Shown here in pieces: positions 18,871-32,327 of a stretch of 64,000 bases of DNA. The DNA is from an uncultured Actinomycetota bacterium (GTDB taxonomy: Bacteria > Actinomycetota > Actinomycetes > Mycobacteriales > Mycobacteriaceae). The notes below the pieces were generated by a model. The model saw only the letters and a program-made list of their open reading frames with translations, did no database searches and was not told where the DNA came from. Location: contig CAVTSZ010000025.1 in assembly GCA_963737385.1 (NCBI GenBank), positions 109,848-173,847 on the forward strand, read 5' to 3'. Position numbers and translations under genes: made by a program. Every line of letters starts with the position of its first letter. The first letter of the stretch is position 1.

Positions 18871-19868
18871 GCAGGCTCCGCTGCCAGGTGGGCTCGCAAG
18901 TGGGCAACCATGCTGGCGCGAAAGTTCTGCATTGACGGTGCTTTAGGCGCGATTCCGTCTGCCCCGTGATACATGCCCGGAACGGTGACGAGCTCGCATT
19001 GGACACCGGCGGCCGCGAGCCTCTCGGCGTAGTCGACACTCTCGTCGTGCAACAGATCGAGGTCACCGACCCCGATCCACGCAGGCGCAAGTCCGGTCAA
19101 ATCCGTGCGCCGCGCAGGCGCCGCATACTCGGGTGCGTCAGCCATGCGCGGAGTACCGCCGAGATACGCGCTCCATCCGAAGCGGCTGGCGGCCGGCGTC
19201 CACAAGAACTGGCCGCGTACCGCATGGTCCTCGCGCAGCGTGGTGCGGTCGTCGAGCATCGGATAAACGAGCACCTGCGCCTGGATCGGGACTCCCTCGT
19301 CGTGGCTTCGTTGCGCAACGGCCGCCGAAAGGCCTCCACCGGCACTGGCACCTGCCACCGCGATCCGATCGCGGTCGATGCCCAGCTCGTCGGCGTTCGC
19401 ACGCATCCACAACAGTGTCGTCATGCAGTCTTCAAGTGCGGCGGGGAACGGATGCTCCGGTGCAAGCCGGTAGTCCGGCGAGACGACGACGGCTGCGAGC
19501 TCTCGCGCTAGATGACCGCTGAACGGCAACTCCATCTGAGGGGAACCCAGGACCATCCCGCCGAAGTGGATCCAAAGCACCGCAGGAGCCAACGCATGTC
19601 GATCAACGGGTGCCGTGACGAGGATCCGCACGGGTGGCTCGCCGACGCGGCGTTCGCTCACCGTGACTCCGCCGCCCGAGGGCAGGCGCATTCGAAACAG
19701 CAGCCGGATGAGCGGAAGCGTTCGCATGGACTGCGCCGAAGCGAACAGCGTTAGGTACGGCTTGCGCAGTTCTGGGGCAACCGCCGTCATGTCGCCCCGC
19801 ATAGCGAGGTGTCGGCGTGTCGCGAGCGCGGCTATACCGACAGCGGCAACCGCCGCGACTTTCTTCAC
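18867..19868 (-). CDS. HSL-family alpha/beta hydrolase, tandem paralog
   Basis: HFGG variant, DYRLAPEHPFP, GASAGG, GMYHG. Confidence 0.92.
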   Translation of the reverse strand: MKKVAAVAAVGIAALATRRHLAMRGDMTAVAPELRKPYLTLFASAQSMRTLPLIRLLFRMRLPSGGGVTVSERRVGEPPVRILVTAPVDRHALAPAVLWIHFGGMVLGSPQMELPFSGHLARELAAVVVSPDYRLAPEHPFPAALEDCMTTLLWMRANADELGIDRDRIAVAGASAGGGLSAAVAQRSHDEGVPIQAQVLVYPMLDDRTTLREDHAVRGQFLWTPAASRFGWSAYLGGTPRMADAPEYAAPARRTDLTGLAPAWIGVGDLDLLHDESVDYAERLAAAGVQCELVTVPGMYHGADGIAPKAPSMQNFRASMVAHLRAHLAAEPA

Positions 19869-19877
19869 GCCGAGAGC

Positions 19878-20228
19878 TTAAGCCTCCGGGGCAAGCAACA
19901 CGTCCGTATCGAAGCAGGTGTGATCACCGGTGTGACAGGCCGCGCCGACCTGGTCGACCTCGAGCAGCACGGTATCGCCGTCGCAATCCAGTCGCACCGA
20001 GTGCACGTGCTGGGTATGGCCCGACGTCTCCCCCTTGACCCAGTGCTCCTGGCGGGACCGCGAATAGTACGTCGCCTTGCGGGTTTCCAGGGTTCGGGCC
20101 AGTGCGATGTCGTCCATCCACGCCACCATCAGCACCTGCCCGGTGCTACGCTCCTGCACCACTGCCGTGAACAGCCCATTGGCGTCGCGCTTCAGCCGCG
20201 AGGCGATGCTTGCGTCCAATGGGCTCAC
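19878..20228 (-). CDS. hisI: Phosphoribosyl-AMP cyclohydrolase
   Basis: [24 protein letters not shown]. Confidence 0.97.
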   Translation of the reverse strand: MSPLDASIASRLKRDANGLFTAVVQERSTGQVLMVAWMDDIALARTLETRKATYYSRSRQEHWVKGETSGHTQHVHSVRLDCDGDTVLLEVDQVGAACHTGDHTCFDTDVLLAPEA

Positions 20229-20998
20229 CGCACCACGATCCCTTCTGCTGCCATCGCCGCCTTCACCTGTCCGATCGTCAGCTCACGGAAGTGGAAAACG
20301 CTGGCGGCCAGTACGGCGTCGGCACCTGCAACAACCGCCGGCGCGAAATGTTCCGGCGCACCGGCCCCGCCGCTGGCGATCACCGGCACGTTGACGGCGC
20401 CGCGTACCGCCGTGATCATCGGCAGGTCGAACCCGGCCTTGGTGCCGTCGAAGTCCATCGAATTCAGCAGGATCTCACCGACGCCGAGTTCGGCCCCCCG
20501 CGTGGCCCATTCGATGGCGTCGATGCCCGTACCCCGCCGACCGCCGTGCGTGGTGACCTCCCAGCCCGACGGCGTGGACTCCTCGCCCTGCGGCACGGTG
20601 CGCGCGTCGACGGACAACACGATGCACTGCGATCCGAACTGACGCGACAACTCGGCCAGCAGCTCGGGCCGGTCGATGGCCGCGGTGTTGACCGCGACCT
20701 TGTCCGCACCCGCGCGCAGCAACACGTCGACATCGGCCACTGAGCGCACCCCGCCGCCGACGGTCAACGGGATGAACACCTGCTCGGCGGTGCGCTTGAC
20801 CACCTCGAGCATGGTGGCCCGACCCGCCGACGAGGCGGTGACATCCAGGAACGTGAGCTCGTCGGCGCCTTCGGCGTCGTAGGCCGCGGCCAACTCGACG
20901 GGATCGCCTGCGTCGCGCAGGTTCTCGAAGTTCACACCCTTGACCACCCGGCCGTCGTCGACATCCAGGCACGGGATGATGCGAACCGCAAGATCCAT
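20225..20998 (-). CDS. hisF: Imidazole glycerol phosphate synthase subunit HisF
   Basis: RIIPCLDV...VVKG, LTVGGG, DGTKAG, ASGGAG. Confidence 0.98.
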   Translation of the reverse strand: MDLAVRIIPCLDVDDGRVVKGVNFENLRDAGDPVELAAAYDAEGADELTFLDVTASSAGRATMLEVVKRTAEQVFIPLTVGGGVRSVADVDVLLRAGADKVAVNTAAIDRPELLAELSRQFGSQCIVLSVDARTVPQGEESTPSGWEVTTHGGRRGTGIDAIEWATRGAELGVGEILLNSMDFDGTKAGFDLPMITAVRGAVNVPVIASGGAGAPEHFAPAVVAGADAVLAASVFHFRELTIGQVKAAMAAEGIVVR

Positions 20999-21814
20999 CT
21001 AGAAATCCTCCGGTGCGCCGACGGTCCGTAGCAACTCGAGCAGTTCTCCGTGCACGCCGGGCGCCCCGACCAGCACCGAGCGCGAGTCAGTGGTCCAGTC
21101 ACTGCCGTCCAGGTTCGTGACGATACCGCCGGCCGCCCGCGCCAACGCGACACCGGCCGCGTGGTCCCACACATGCGAACCGAAACTGATGGCGCCGCCG
21201 AGGATCCCGGACGCGGCGTATGCGAAGTCGATTCCGGTAGCTCCGTGCATCCGCATCCGGGAGCACTTACGGCTCAGGTCCTCAATCACCGCGAGCCGGT
21301 ACCGCCCCGGCACCTTGCCGCGCGAATCGACATTGAAGGTGCTGACCCCGACGATGGAATCGGCGAGCTTCGCAGGGCGCAATTGAGGCTGCTCGATACC
21401 GTTGCTGCGCAATGGGTTACCGATGACGGCGGTGAATCGCTCGCCGGTGAACGGCACCCAGGTCAACCCGGCGACGGGTTCCCCGTTACGCACCAAACCG
21501 AGCAGGATCGCCGCCATAGGCGAGCCTGCTGCGTAGTTGAAGGTGCCGTCGATCGGGTCGAGCACCCACACCAGCGGCGAGTCGAGATCGGCACCGCCGA
21601 ACTCCTCGCCGTGGACCTCGATGCCGGTCTCGCGTGTCAGCGCCTCCACGACTTGCCGTTCGATCGCGAGGTCGACCTCGGTGGCGAAGTCGTTGCCCTT
21701 CTTCTGCACGGCCGAATCGGCGCGGTGTCCCTCGATGAACGGCTTGGCCGCGTCCTCCAGGATCTTGGCGGCGGCGGCGACCAGTGCGTCGAGGTCGGCC
21801 GTGTCCAGTGCCAT
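20999..21814 (-). CDS. impA: Inositol monophosphatase family protein
   Basis: GEE, WVLDPIDGT, WDHAAG; between priA and hisF. Confidence 0.92.
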   Translation of the reverse strand: MALDTADLDALVAAAAKILEDAAKPFIEGHRADSAVQKKGNDFATEVDLAIERQVVEALTRETGIEVHGEEFGGADLDSPLVWVLDPIDGTFNYAAGSPMAAILLGLVRNGEPVAGLTWVPFTGERFTAVIGNPLRSNGIEQPQLRPAKLADSIVGVSTFNVDSRGKVPGRYRLAVIEDLSRKCSRMRMHGATGIDFAYAASGILGGAISFGSHVWDHAAGVALARAAGGIVTNLDGSDWTTDSRSVLVGAPGVHGELLELLRTVGAPEDF

Positions 21815-22549
21815 CTACTGATCCACCGCGGCGAGCGCCTCCGGAAGCGTGAACCGCCCGGCATACAGCGCCTTTCCGACGATCGCACCTTCCACACCGT
21901 TGTCGGTGAGGGTCGCGATGGCCCGCAGATCGTCGAGGCTCGACACGCCGCCCGACGCGATCACGGGCGCCTCGGTGCGATCGGTGACTTTCGCCAACAG
22001 CTCCAGGTTGGGCCCGTCGAGGGTGCCGTCCTTGGTGACATCGGTGACGACGAATCGCGAACACCCTTCGCGGTCAAGGCGTTCCAGCACGTCCCACAGG
22101 TCGCCGCCGTCGGTCTCCCAGCCGCGGCCGCGCAACCGGTGGTCGTCGCCGGCGATCTTCACGTCCAGACCGACGGCCACCTTTTCTCCGTGCTCGGCGA
22201 CGACCTTCGCGCACCACTGCGGATTCTCCAGCGCCGCGGTGCCGAGGTTTACCCGGGCGCAACCGGTGGCCAGCGCGGCCTTCAGCGAGTCGTCGTCACG
22301 GATTCCGCCCGAGAGCTCCACCGCGACGTCGAGCGTGCCGACCACCTCGGCGAGGAGTTCACGGTTGTTGCCCCGGCCGAACGCGGCGTCCAGGTCGACC
22401 AGGTGGATCCACTCCGCGCCGTCGCGCTGCCAGTTCATCGCGGCGTCGAGCGCCGAGCCGTACTCGGTCTCGCTGCCTGCCTTTCCCTGCATGAGCCGCA
22501 CGGCGCGACCTTCCACCACGTCGACGGCGGGAAGGAGTATCAATCTCAC
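21815..22549 (-). CDS. priA: Phosphoribosyl isomerase A (HisA/TrpF bifunctional)
   Basis: [36 protein letters not shown]. Confidence 0.96.
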   Translation of the reverse strand: MRLILLPAVDVVEGRAVRLMQGKAGSETEYGSALDAAMNWQRDGAEWIHLVDLDAAFGRGNNRELLAEVVGTLDVAVELSGGIRDDDSLKAALATGCARVNLGTAALENPQWCAKVVAEHGEKVAVGLDVKIAGDDHRLRGRGWETDGGDLWDVLERLDREGCSRFVVTDVTKDGTLDGPNLELLAKVTDRTEAPVIASGGVSSLDDLRAIATLTDNGVEGAIVGKALYAGRFTLPEALAAVDQ

Positions 22550-22559
22550 GGCCGTCAAC

Positions 22560-23174
22560 CTAGAGCCCCTCAACCCAATTGCCCAAAAGCGATGCACCCG
22601 CGTCGCCGCTCTTCTCGGGGTGGAACTGGGTGGCGGCCAGCGGTCCGTCCTCGACAGCGGCCAGGAACGGCACAGTGTGCGTGGCCCAGGTCAGCTGCGC
22701 GTCCGGGTTGCCTTCCCACTGTTGCGCGGCGTAGGAGTGCACGAAGTAAAACCTGGTGTCCGGGTCCAGTCCCTTGAACAGCCGGGTGTCCCGGGGTGCG
22801 TCCACGACGTTCCATCCCATGTGCGGAATCACCGGGGCGTCCAGCCGGATGACCGCACCCGGCCATTGACCGCAGCCGGTGCTCTCCACGCCGAACTCGA
22901 CCCCTCGTGCGAACAGGATCTGCATGCCGACGCACACCCCCAGCACCGGCGCGGCCGGCCGCCACCCGGCCTGCGATGATCTTCTCCCCGTCGATCTTTC
23001 GCAGGCCCGTCATACATGCCTCGAATGCGCCGACGCCGGGCACGACCAGACCGTCGGCGTTCATGGCGGCATCGGCGTCTGCCGTCACTTCGACGTCCGC
23101 GCCGACACGTTCCAACGCGCGCTGAGCCGATCGCAGATTTCCGGAGCCGTAGTCGAGCACCACGACTCTGGCTG

Positions 23175-23178
<4 letters not shown>
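22560..23178 (-). CDS. hisH: Imidazole glycerol phosphate synthase subunit HisH (+1 frameshift near 22951, probably artefact)
   Basis: DYGSGNL and VPGVGAF in one frame; GVCVGMQ, PHMGWN, YFVHSY, QFHPEKS in another. Confidence 0.93.
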
Positions 23179-26288
<3,110 letters not shown>

Positions 26289-26324
26289 TGTCCCAGAGCA
26301 GGCCAAATCGTTAACGGAGGCGCC

Positions 26325-26738
26325 ATGCGAGCCCAGGATCACCCCAACAACGCGCCGGGCGTGCCGATGATCTTTCCGCCGGCGGTGGAGAACTTTCAGG
26401 TCAAGTACGTGAACCCGATGCTCAAGCCGATCTCGCGATTTCTGCCCGGGATGGCGACCATCAAACACCGGGGCCGCAAGTCCGGTAAGCCGTACGAGAC
26501 GATCGTGACGGCGTACCGGAAGGGCGACGTCGTAGCGATCGCGCTGGGCCACGGGAAGACGGACTGGGTGAAGAACGTGCTGGCGGCCGGCGAGGCCGAT
26601 CTGCACCTGATTCGACGGGATCTGCACCTCACCAACCCGCGGATCCTGCCTGCGGGCAGCGGCGGCGTCGACGGCCTGCCGTTCATGGCCCGCGCGCAGG
26701 CGAAGAGGGTCGGCATCTTCGTTGCCGATATCGCCTGA
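26325..26738 (+). CDS. Nitroreductase-family deazaflavin (F420)-dependent oxidoreductase (Rv1598c-like)
   Basis: GGAGG RBS; [23 protein letters not shown]. Confidence 0.88.
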   Translation: MRAQDHPNNAPGVPMIFPPAVENFQVKYVNPMLKPISRFLPGMATIKHRGRKSGKPYETIVTAYRKGDVVAIALGHGKTDWVKNVLAAGEADLHLIRRDLHLTNPRILPAGSGGVDGLPFMARAQAKRVGIFVADIA

Positions 26739-26742
26739 CGCG

Positions 26743-26835
26743 CTACCGGGTGAACACCGTCTTGCCCGTCATCGCGGGCACGGCGGCTTCCCGCCAGGCA
26801 TAGGCGCCCTCCTCCTCGAACATCGGCTGCTGCAT
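26743..26835 (-). pseudogene. 30-codon remnant: probable first and last residues of an internally deleted dehydrogenase gene
   Basis: [40 protein letters not shown]; divergent from TetR; family assignment from recall only. Confidence 0.5.
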
Positions 26836-26875
26836 CGGTGAGCCCTTCTTTAGCGATCGCTCAATTATTCTTGAG

Positions 26876-26895
26876 TGACCTTTCTAGTAAAGTCA
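26876..26895. promoter_or_regulatory. Imperfect palindrome, probable TetR operator
   Basis: TGACCTTTCTAGTAAAGTCA, 16/20 self-complementary, immediately upstream of the TetR ATG. Confidence 0.55.
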
Positions 26896-26899
26896 AGGG

Positions 26900-27490
26900 A
26901 TGCCTCGCCCGGACCGCAGCCGCACCGCGCTCGTCGACACCGCGGCCCTGCTGTTTCGCAGGCAGGGTTACGCCGCCACGGGCGTCAACCAGATCCTGGA
27001 GACCGCCGACGTCAAAGCCGGGTCGCTGTACCACCACTTTCCCGACGGCAAGCAGCAGTTGGCCGCGGCCGTGGTGGACAGCGTCGGCGCCGGCATCGAG
27101 GGCCGGCTGCGGCAGTTCCTCGACAGCGGACTGCCGATCGCCGACATCGTCGACGGCTGGATCGACCTGATGTCCTCGGGCCTGGCCTCCGACCGGCGCG
27201 ACGGCTGCCCGATCGAACCCATCGCGACCGAATCGGTGAACGCCAGCCCACAGGTGCGCGAGGCGTCGGCGCGGGTGTTCGCCGGCTGGTGTGCCGCGGT
27301 CGCGGATCGGTTACGCAAGGACGGCTGGTCGGATGCCGACGCGGAGCAGACGGCGCTCGCCGTCATCGCGCTCATCGAGGGTGCGTTGATCCTGTCTCGC
27401 ATCGCAGGCGATAACGCCGCGCTCGATGCGACCAAGACGGCCGTGCGCACGCTGATCAGCCCCGCGAGCGGAGCTCACGTCGCGCGCTGA
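26900..27490 (+). CDS. TetR/AcrR family regulator (LmrA/YxaF-like)
   Basis: LFRRQGYAATGVNQI...GSLYHHFPDGK HTH; GCPI. Confidence 0.93.
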   Translation: MPRPDRSRTALVDTAALLFRRQGYAATGVNQILETADVKAGSLYHHFPDGKQQLAAAVVDSVGAGIEGRLRQFLDSGLPIADIVDGWIDLMSSGLASDRRDGCPIEPIATESVNASPQVREASARVFAGWCAAVADRLRKDGWSDADAEQTALAVIALIEGALILSRIAGDNAALDATKTAVRTLISPASGAHVAR

Positions 27491-27528
27491 TGCCGAGCAT
27501 GCCGTAGACGTTCCGCGAGCTGAACCTT

Positions 27529-28008
27529 CTACTTGCACAACTCGGTCAGGGTGACGTTCGCTGCGTCGGCGTCCTTCAGGCGCGCGGCTTGTTCCGCGTC
27601 GGCGTTCGACGTGCCGGCAGTTGCATTGGCCCCGATGTCCATCAGATTGTTGGCGAAGTCGGTAACGGTTTCGGCCAGGCCCTCCGGAGTCGCCGGGTCC
27701 AACCGATGCAACAGGTACTGGCCACCGTCGTAAAGCGCCACTCGAGCGTTGGCTGATACCGCCTGAGCGCCCGTGACATCCCGGGGCCCGCCAGCCGGTG
27801 TCAGATTGGTGTTGAGGGTTACCCCGCGCCGCACGACCTCCACGGCGGTGCAGATCTTGACCTTGGCGTCTGCGATCTGAACCGGGTCGTAATCGGGTTT
27901 GGAGTACTCCGACCGGTACAGCGTCCAGCCGGCCACGGCCAGCGCGGCGACCGCCACGACCAGGCTGATGATGGTCAACAGGCTGGGGCGGCGCGATTCG
28001 TCATCCAC
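27529..28008 (-). CDS. Mycobacterial hypothetical membrane-anchored protein with two Cys
   Basis: N-terminal TM helix; AKVKIC...ELCK. Confidence 0.75.
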   Translation of the reverse strand: MDDESRRPSLLTIISLVVAVAALAVAGWTLYRSEYSKPDYDPVQIADAKVKICTAVEVVRRGVTLNTNLTPAGGPRDVTGAQAVSANARVALYDGGQYLLHRLDPATPEGLAETVTDFANNLMDIGANATAGTSNADAEQAARLKDADAANVTLTELCK

Positions 28009-28079
28009 GATGGGCCAGAGTAACGGCCAAGCCGTCGCCCAGCGGGCAACTGCGCAGCAAATCCGCCTGCCGTTTTGCC

Positions 28080-28937
28080 TTAGAGATCCAGTCCGATGTC
28101 GAGCACCCGCACCGAATGGGTGAGTGCTCCCACCGCCAAGTAGTCAACACCCGTTCCGGCGTATTCGGCCGCCGTGTCGAGCGACAACCCGCCGGAGGAT
28201 TCCAGTTTCGTTGCCGGCGAACGGGAATCTCGGCGCTGTACGGCGATCTGCGTCTGCCAGACCGGGAAGTTGTCGAGCAGCACGAGCTCCACATGCTCCG
28301 CGAGCACCTCGTCGAGTTGCTCAAGAGAGTCGACCTCGACTTCGCACGGCAGATCCGGCGCGGCCTCACGGACGGCGCGCAGCGCGGCTACCACGGATCC
28401 CGCGGCCGCGACATGGTTGTCCTTTATCAGTGCCGCGTCACCCAACCCCATCCGATGGTTCACACCACCACCGACACGCACCGCGTACTTCTGCAGGGCC
28501 CGCAGCCCGGGCAGCGTCTTGCGGGTGTCGCGGATCTTGGCGTTGGTGCCCTTGACCGCAGCCACCCAGGCTGCGGTCGTGGTGGCGATTCCCGACAGAT
28601 GGCACACCAGGTTGAGCGTGGTCCGTTCGGCCGTCAGCAGCCCCTGGGTCGGCGCTTCGACAGTGAGTACGGCCCCGCCGGATTCCAGCCGCGCACCATC
28701 TTCGACGCGGTCCTTGACGACATATCCGCCGGGGCCCAGCACCTCGTCGAGTGCCAGCATCGCGATGTCCACACCGGCGATCACGCCCGCCTGCCGGACG
28801 ACCATCGACGCCGTCGTCGTCGCGTCGGCGCCGACCGTCGCCAGCGTCGTGACATCCGGCCCGTACCGCAGGTCTTCCTCGAGTGCACGGGCGATCACCC
28901 GCCGAGCCTCTGCGAGCTCATCGGCGTTCAGTTCCAT
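28080..28937 (-). CDS. nadC: Nicotinate-nucleotide pyrophosphorylase (QAPRTase)
   Basis: DTRKTLPG, HRMGL, IKDNH, EVEVD, LDN, ESSGG. Confidence 0.97.
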   Translation of the reverse strand: MELNADELAEARRVIARALEEDLRYGPDVTTLATVGADATTTASMVVRQAGVIAGVDIAMLALDEVLGPGGYVVKDRVEDGARLESGGAVLTVEAPTQGLLTAERTTLNLVCHLSGIATTTAAWVAAVKGTNAKIRDTRKTLPGLRALQKYAVRVGGGVNHRMGLGDAALIKDNHVAAAGSVVAALRAVREAAPDLPCEVEVDSLEQLDEVLAEHVELVLLDNFPVWQTQIAVQRRDSRSPATKLESSGGLSLDTAAEYAGTGVDYLAVGALTHSVRVLDIGLDL

Positions 28938-30493
28938 CAGCAGCACGCCACCGCCGGCACCAGGCTGCGCGCCAACGCCGGATCGGCGTCCGGATAGTCG
29001 GCACGATGATGGCAGCCTCGAGATTCCGTGCGCGCCAACGCCGCCGCGGTGACGGCGCCCGCGGCGGCCGTCAGCGCGACATCCTCGAAATCACTGCGCG
29101 AGTTGATCTTTCGTGGCGTCGCCGAATCCAGATCCTGCGCCAGTGTGCGCAGGCCACGGTCGTCGCGGACCACCGACGCATAACTTGACATCGCCCGCTG
29201 CAGATCCGCCCGAGGCAGCGCGCGTCGCATCACAGACTCCTGCGGCCGCGCCGTGGGCACCCCGGCGTCCGAAGCGTGCGCCGCGGCGGCCCTTCCCGCC
29301 CGGCCGCCGACCACGAGGCCTTCGAGCAAGCTGTTGGAGGCCAACCGGTTCGCGCCGTGCATACCGGTGCGCGCCACCTCGCCAGCGGCGAACAGGCCTG
29401 CCATCTCGGTGCGCCCATGCACGTCCGTCAGCACACCGCCGCAGCTGTAGTGCGCACCCGGGACGACCGGGATGGCCTGGCGCGTCGGATCGATGCCCGC
29501 CTCCCGGCACGCCGCCGTGACCGTGGGGAACCGCTTCTCGAAGCCCTCGATGCCGCGCGCGTCGAGGTAGACGCAGGGGTGACCGGTCGCGGTCATCCGC
29601 GCGTCGATCGCCGCCGCGACCACGTCGCGCGGCGCCAGGTCTCCCATCGGATGCACGGCCTCGGTGACCGACCGCCCCTGGGAGTCGAGAAGAACGGCGC
29701 CCTCACCGCGAACCGCCTCGGTGATCAGCGGCCGGCGGCCGCCCGCGTGCCCGTCGAACAGCATTGTGGGGTGGAACTGGATGAACTCCAGATCGCACAC
29801 CGGCAGCCCGGCCCACATCGCCAGCGCGACACCGTCACCTGTCGACCCCTCCGGATTGGTGGTGGCCGAGTACAGATGGCCGAGTCCGCCGGTCGCCAGG
29901 ATCACCGATGACGCATGGACGATCCCGAGGCCGTCGTCGTTGAGCGTGAGCACACCCGTGACCGCACCCGCATCGTGAAGAAGCTCCAGCGCGACGTGGT
30001 TGCGACGGATGTCCAGCCGCGCCGCAGCGCCGTCGAGCGCCCGCTGCACCTCAGCACCGGTCGCGTCGCCCCCGGCGTGGATGATCCGCCGCCGCGTATG
30101 TCCGCCCTCGCGGGTCAGCGACCACTGTCCCGGCGCTGATTCATCGAACTGTGCTCCGTCGTCGACGAGGTCGCGCACGGCGCGATAGCCGTCGGCGACG
30201 ATGGAGCGCACCGCATCCGGATCACACAGCCCGGCGCCGGCGGCCAACGTGTCGGCGACATGCGCGTCCACCGAATCCTCGGTGTCTGGCAGCACGACGG
30301 CGATACCGCCCTGCGCGTAGAACGTGGCGGTGTTACCGGCCTTGCTGAGCACCACCACCTTTCGGCCGCGACGATGCGCCGCAAGGGCAGCGACAAGACC
30401 GGCGACACCGGTGCCGATCACCACGACGTCGGCACGCTGTTGCCAGTAGCCGGCCCGCGGGCCTGAGCCGCCGCAGGCCACCTGCCGAGTCAC
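28937..30493 (-). CDS. nadB: L-aspartate oxidase
   Basis: [40 protein letters not shown]. Confidence 0.96.
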   Translation of the reverse strand: MTRQVACGGSGPRAGYWQQRADVVVIGTGVAGLVAALAAHRRGRKVVVLSKAGNTATFYAQGGIAVVLPDTEDSVDAHVADTLAAGAGLCDPDAVRSIVADGYRAVRDLVDDGAQFDESAPGQWSLTREGGHTRRRIIHAGGDATGAEVQRALDGAAARLDIRRNHVALELLHDAGAVTGVLTLNDDGLGIVHASSVILATGGLGHLYSATTNPEGSTGDGVALAMWAGLPVCDLEFIQFHPTMLFDGHAGGRRPLITEAVRGEGAVLLDSQGRSVTEAVHPMGDLAPRDVVAAAIDARMTATGHPCVYLDARGIEGFEKRFPTVTAACREAGIDPTRQAIPVVPGAHYSCGGVLTDVHGRTEMAGLFAAGEVARTGMHGANRLASNSLLEGLVVGGRAGRAAAAHASDAGVPTARPQESVMRRALPRADLQRAMSSYASVVRDDRGLRTLAQDLDSATPRKINSRSDFEDVALTAAAGAVTAAALARTESRGCHHRADYPDADPALARSLVPAVACC

Positions 30494-31533
30494 TCGCCGC
30501 CGCCGGGTTGGCCGATCTCGATCATCCGCTGCACGCTGGCATGTGCCAGCCGGGCGGTCTCGGGATCGACGTCGACTTCGTCCTTGCCCTCCACCAGGCA
30601 GCGCAGCAGCGCGGCCGGGGTGATCATCTTCATGAACTTGCAGGAGGCCCGGTCGTTGACTGCGCGAAAGTCGACTTCCGGTGCGGCACGGCGCAACTGG
30701 TGCAGCATTCCGACTTCGGTCGCGACCAGCACCTGGCGCGCCCGGGTCTCCCGCGCAGCGTCGAGCATGCCGCCCGTGGACAGGATCTTCACCCGGTCTT
30801 CGGGGAAAGCGCCTTCGCCTGCCAGGTACAGAGCCGATGTGGCACAACCGCATTCGGGGTGTACGTACAGTTCGGCGTCGGGATGGGTGCGGGCCTGGTC
30901 GGCGAGCTCGTCACCGTTGATGCCTGCGTGGACGTGGCACTCGCCGGCCCACACGTGCAGGTTCTTGCGGCCGGTGACCCGGCGGACGTGGGCGCCGAGG
31001 AACTGGTCCGGGCAGAACAGCACCTCGCGGTCGGCCGGAACCGACGCGACCACCTCGACGGCGTTCGACGAGGTGCAGCAGATGTCGGTCTCGGCCTTCA
31101 CCGCCGCAGTGGTGTTGACGTAGGACACCACGACCGCCCCAGGATGCTCGGCCTTCCACGCGCGCAGTTCGTCGGCGGTGATCGAGTCGGCCAGAGAGCA
31201 ACCGGCCCGCTGGTCGGGAATGAGCACCGTCTTGTCCGGCGACAGGATCTTGGCGGTCTCGGCCATGAAATGCACGCCGCAGAACACGATGGTGTCCTCA
31301 GGCGCCTCAGCGGCGATGCGCGACAGCGCCAGCGAGTCACCGACGTGGTCGGCGACGTCCTGAATGGCCGGCAGCTGGTAGTTGTGCGCCAGCAGCGTCG
31401 CGCCGCGCAGATCGGCCAGGCGCCGCACCTCGGCGGCCCACTCCGCATCGCCGTCGACGCCGGAAAAACCTGCCGGACCCGCGACGATGTGGTCCGCCAG
31501 ATAGTTAGCGGGCATGCGATCCAGAACCGTCAC
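30490..31533 (-). CDS. nadA: Quinolinate synthase
   Basis: [29 protein letters not shown]. Confidence 0.97.
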   Translation of the reverse strand: MTVLDRMPANYLADHIVAGPAGFSGVDGDAEWAAEVRRLADLRGATLLAHNYQLPAIQDVADHVGDSLALSRIAAEAPEDTIVFCGVHFMAETAKILSPDKTVLIPDQRAGCSLADSITADELRAWKAEHPGAVVVSYVNTTAAVKAETDICCTSSNAVEVVASVPADREVLFCPDQFLGAHVRRVTGRKNLHVWAGECHVHAGINGDELADQARTHPDAELYVHPECGCATSALYLAGEGAFPEDRVKILSTGGMLDAARETRARQVLVATEVGMLHQLRRAAPEVDFRAVNDRASCKFMKMITPAALLRCLVEGKDEVDVDPETARLAHASVQRMIEIGQPGGGE

Positions 31534-31557
31534 CGCTGCCTCCTTAACTCCGTCGAG

Positions 31558-31580
31558 GTTTTCGACTTATAATCGAAAAC
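31558..31580. promoter_or_regulatory. NrtR operator palindrome containing a TATAAT -10; nrtR probably leaderless
   Basis: GTTTTCGA-CTTATAA-TCGAAAAC perfect 8-bp arms between divergent nadA and nrtR, abutting ATG 31581. Confidence 0.88.
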
Positions 31581-32285
31581 ATGCCACATAGTATCACCGG
31601 ACATGAGGTGCTGGCCGCCGTGTTCCAGGTTCGAGGCCTTAACCCCCACGGCGAATCCCCGAAACCCGCACTTCACGTGCTGTTGTGGCAGCGTGCACTC
31701 GAACCACAGCGGGGAAAGTGGGCCCTGCCGGGCGGCCGACTCGGCGACGACGAGGACCTGACCAGCTCCGTTCGGCGCCAGCTCGCCGAGAAAGTCGATC
31801 TGCGTGAGGTTGCTCACCTCGAGCAGCTCGCAGTGTTCTCCGACCCAAGCCGGGTGCCGGGGACCCGCACCATCGCGTCGACCTTCCTCGGACTGGTGCC
31901 CTCCCCCGCGATCCCCGAACTGCCTCCGGACACGCGCTGGCACCCGGTGAACGATCTGCCGCCGATGGCGTTCGACCACGGCCCCATGGTCGAGCACGCC
32001 TGCACCCGACTGGCTGCCAAGCTGTCCTACACGAACATCGGATTCGCGCTGGCGCCAACTGAATTCGCGCTGTCAACACTGCGGAACATCTACAGCGGAG
32101 CGCTGGGCCACCCGGTCGACGCGACCAACCTGCAGCGCGTGCTGGAGCGCCGCAACGTCATCACCCGCACCGGCACCACCGCGCGTTCGGGCCGCACCGG
32201 CGGGCGCCCCGCGGCGCTATACAAGTTCACCGAGTCGCGCTACCGGGTCACCGACGAATTCGCCGCGTTGCGCCCGCCCGGGTGA
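31581..32285 (+). CDS. nrtR: Nudix-related transcriptional regulator of NAD synthesis
   Basis: WALPGG degenerate Nudix box, FDH, C-terminal wHTH with GGRPAALY; divergent from nadABC. Confidence 0.9.
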   Translation: MPHSITGHEVLAAVFQVRGLNPHGESPKPALHVLLWQRALEPQRGKWALPGGRLGDDEDLTSSVRRQLAEKVDLREVAHLEQLAVFSDPSRVPGTRTIASTFLGLVPSPAIPELPPDTRWHPVNDLPPMAFDHGPMVEHACTRLAAKLSYTNIGFALAPTEFALSTLRNIYSGALGHPVDATNLQRVLERRNVITRTGTTARSGRTGGRPAALYKFTESRYRVTDEFAALRPPG

Positions 32286-32327
32286 GTCGGCTGGCTTCTT
32301 AACGGACTCTTAAGTAACAATGGCCGG

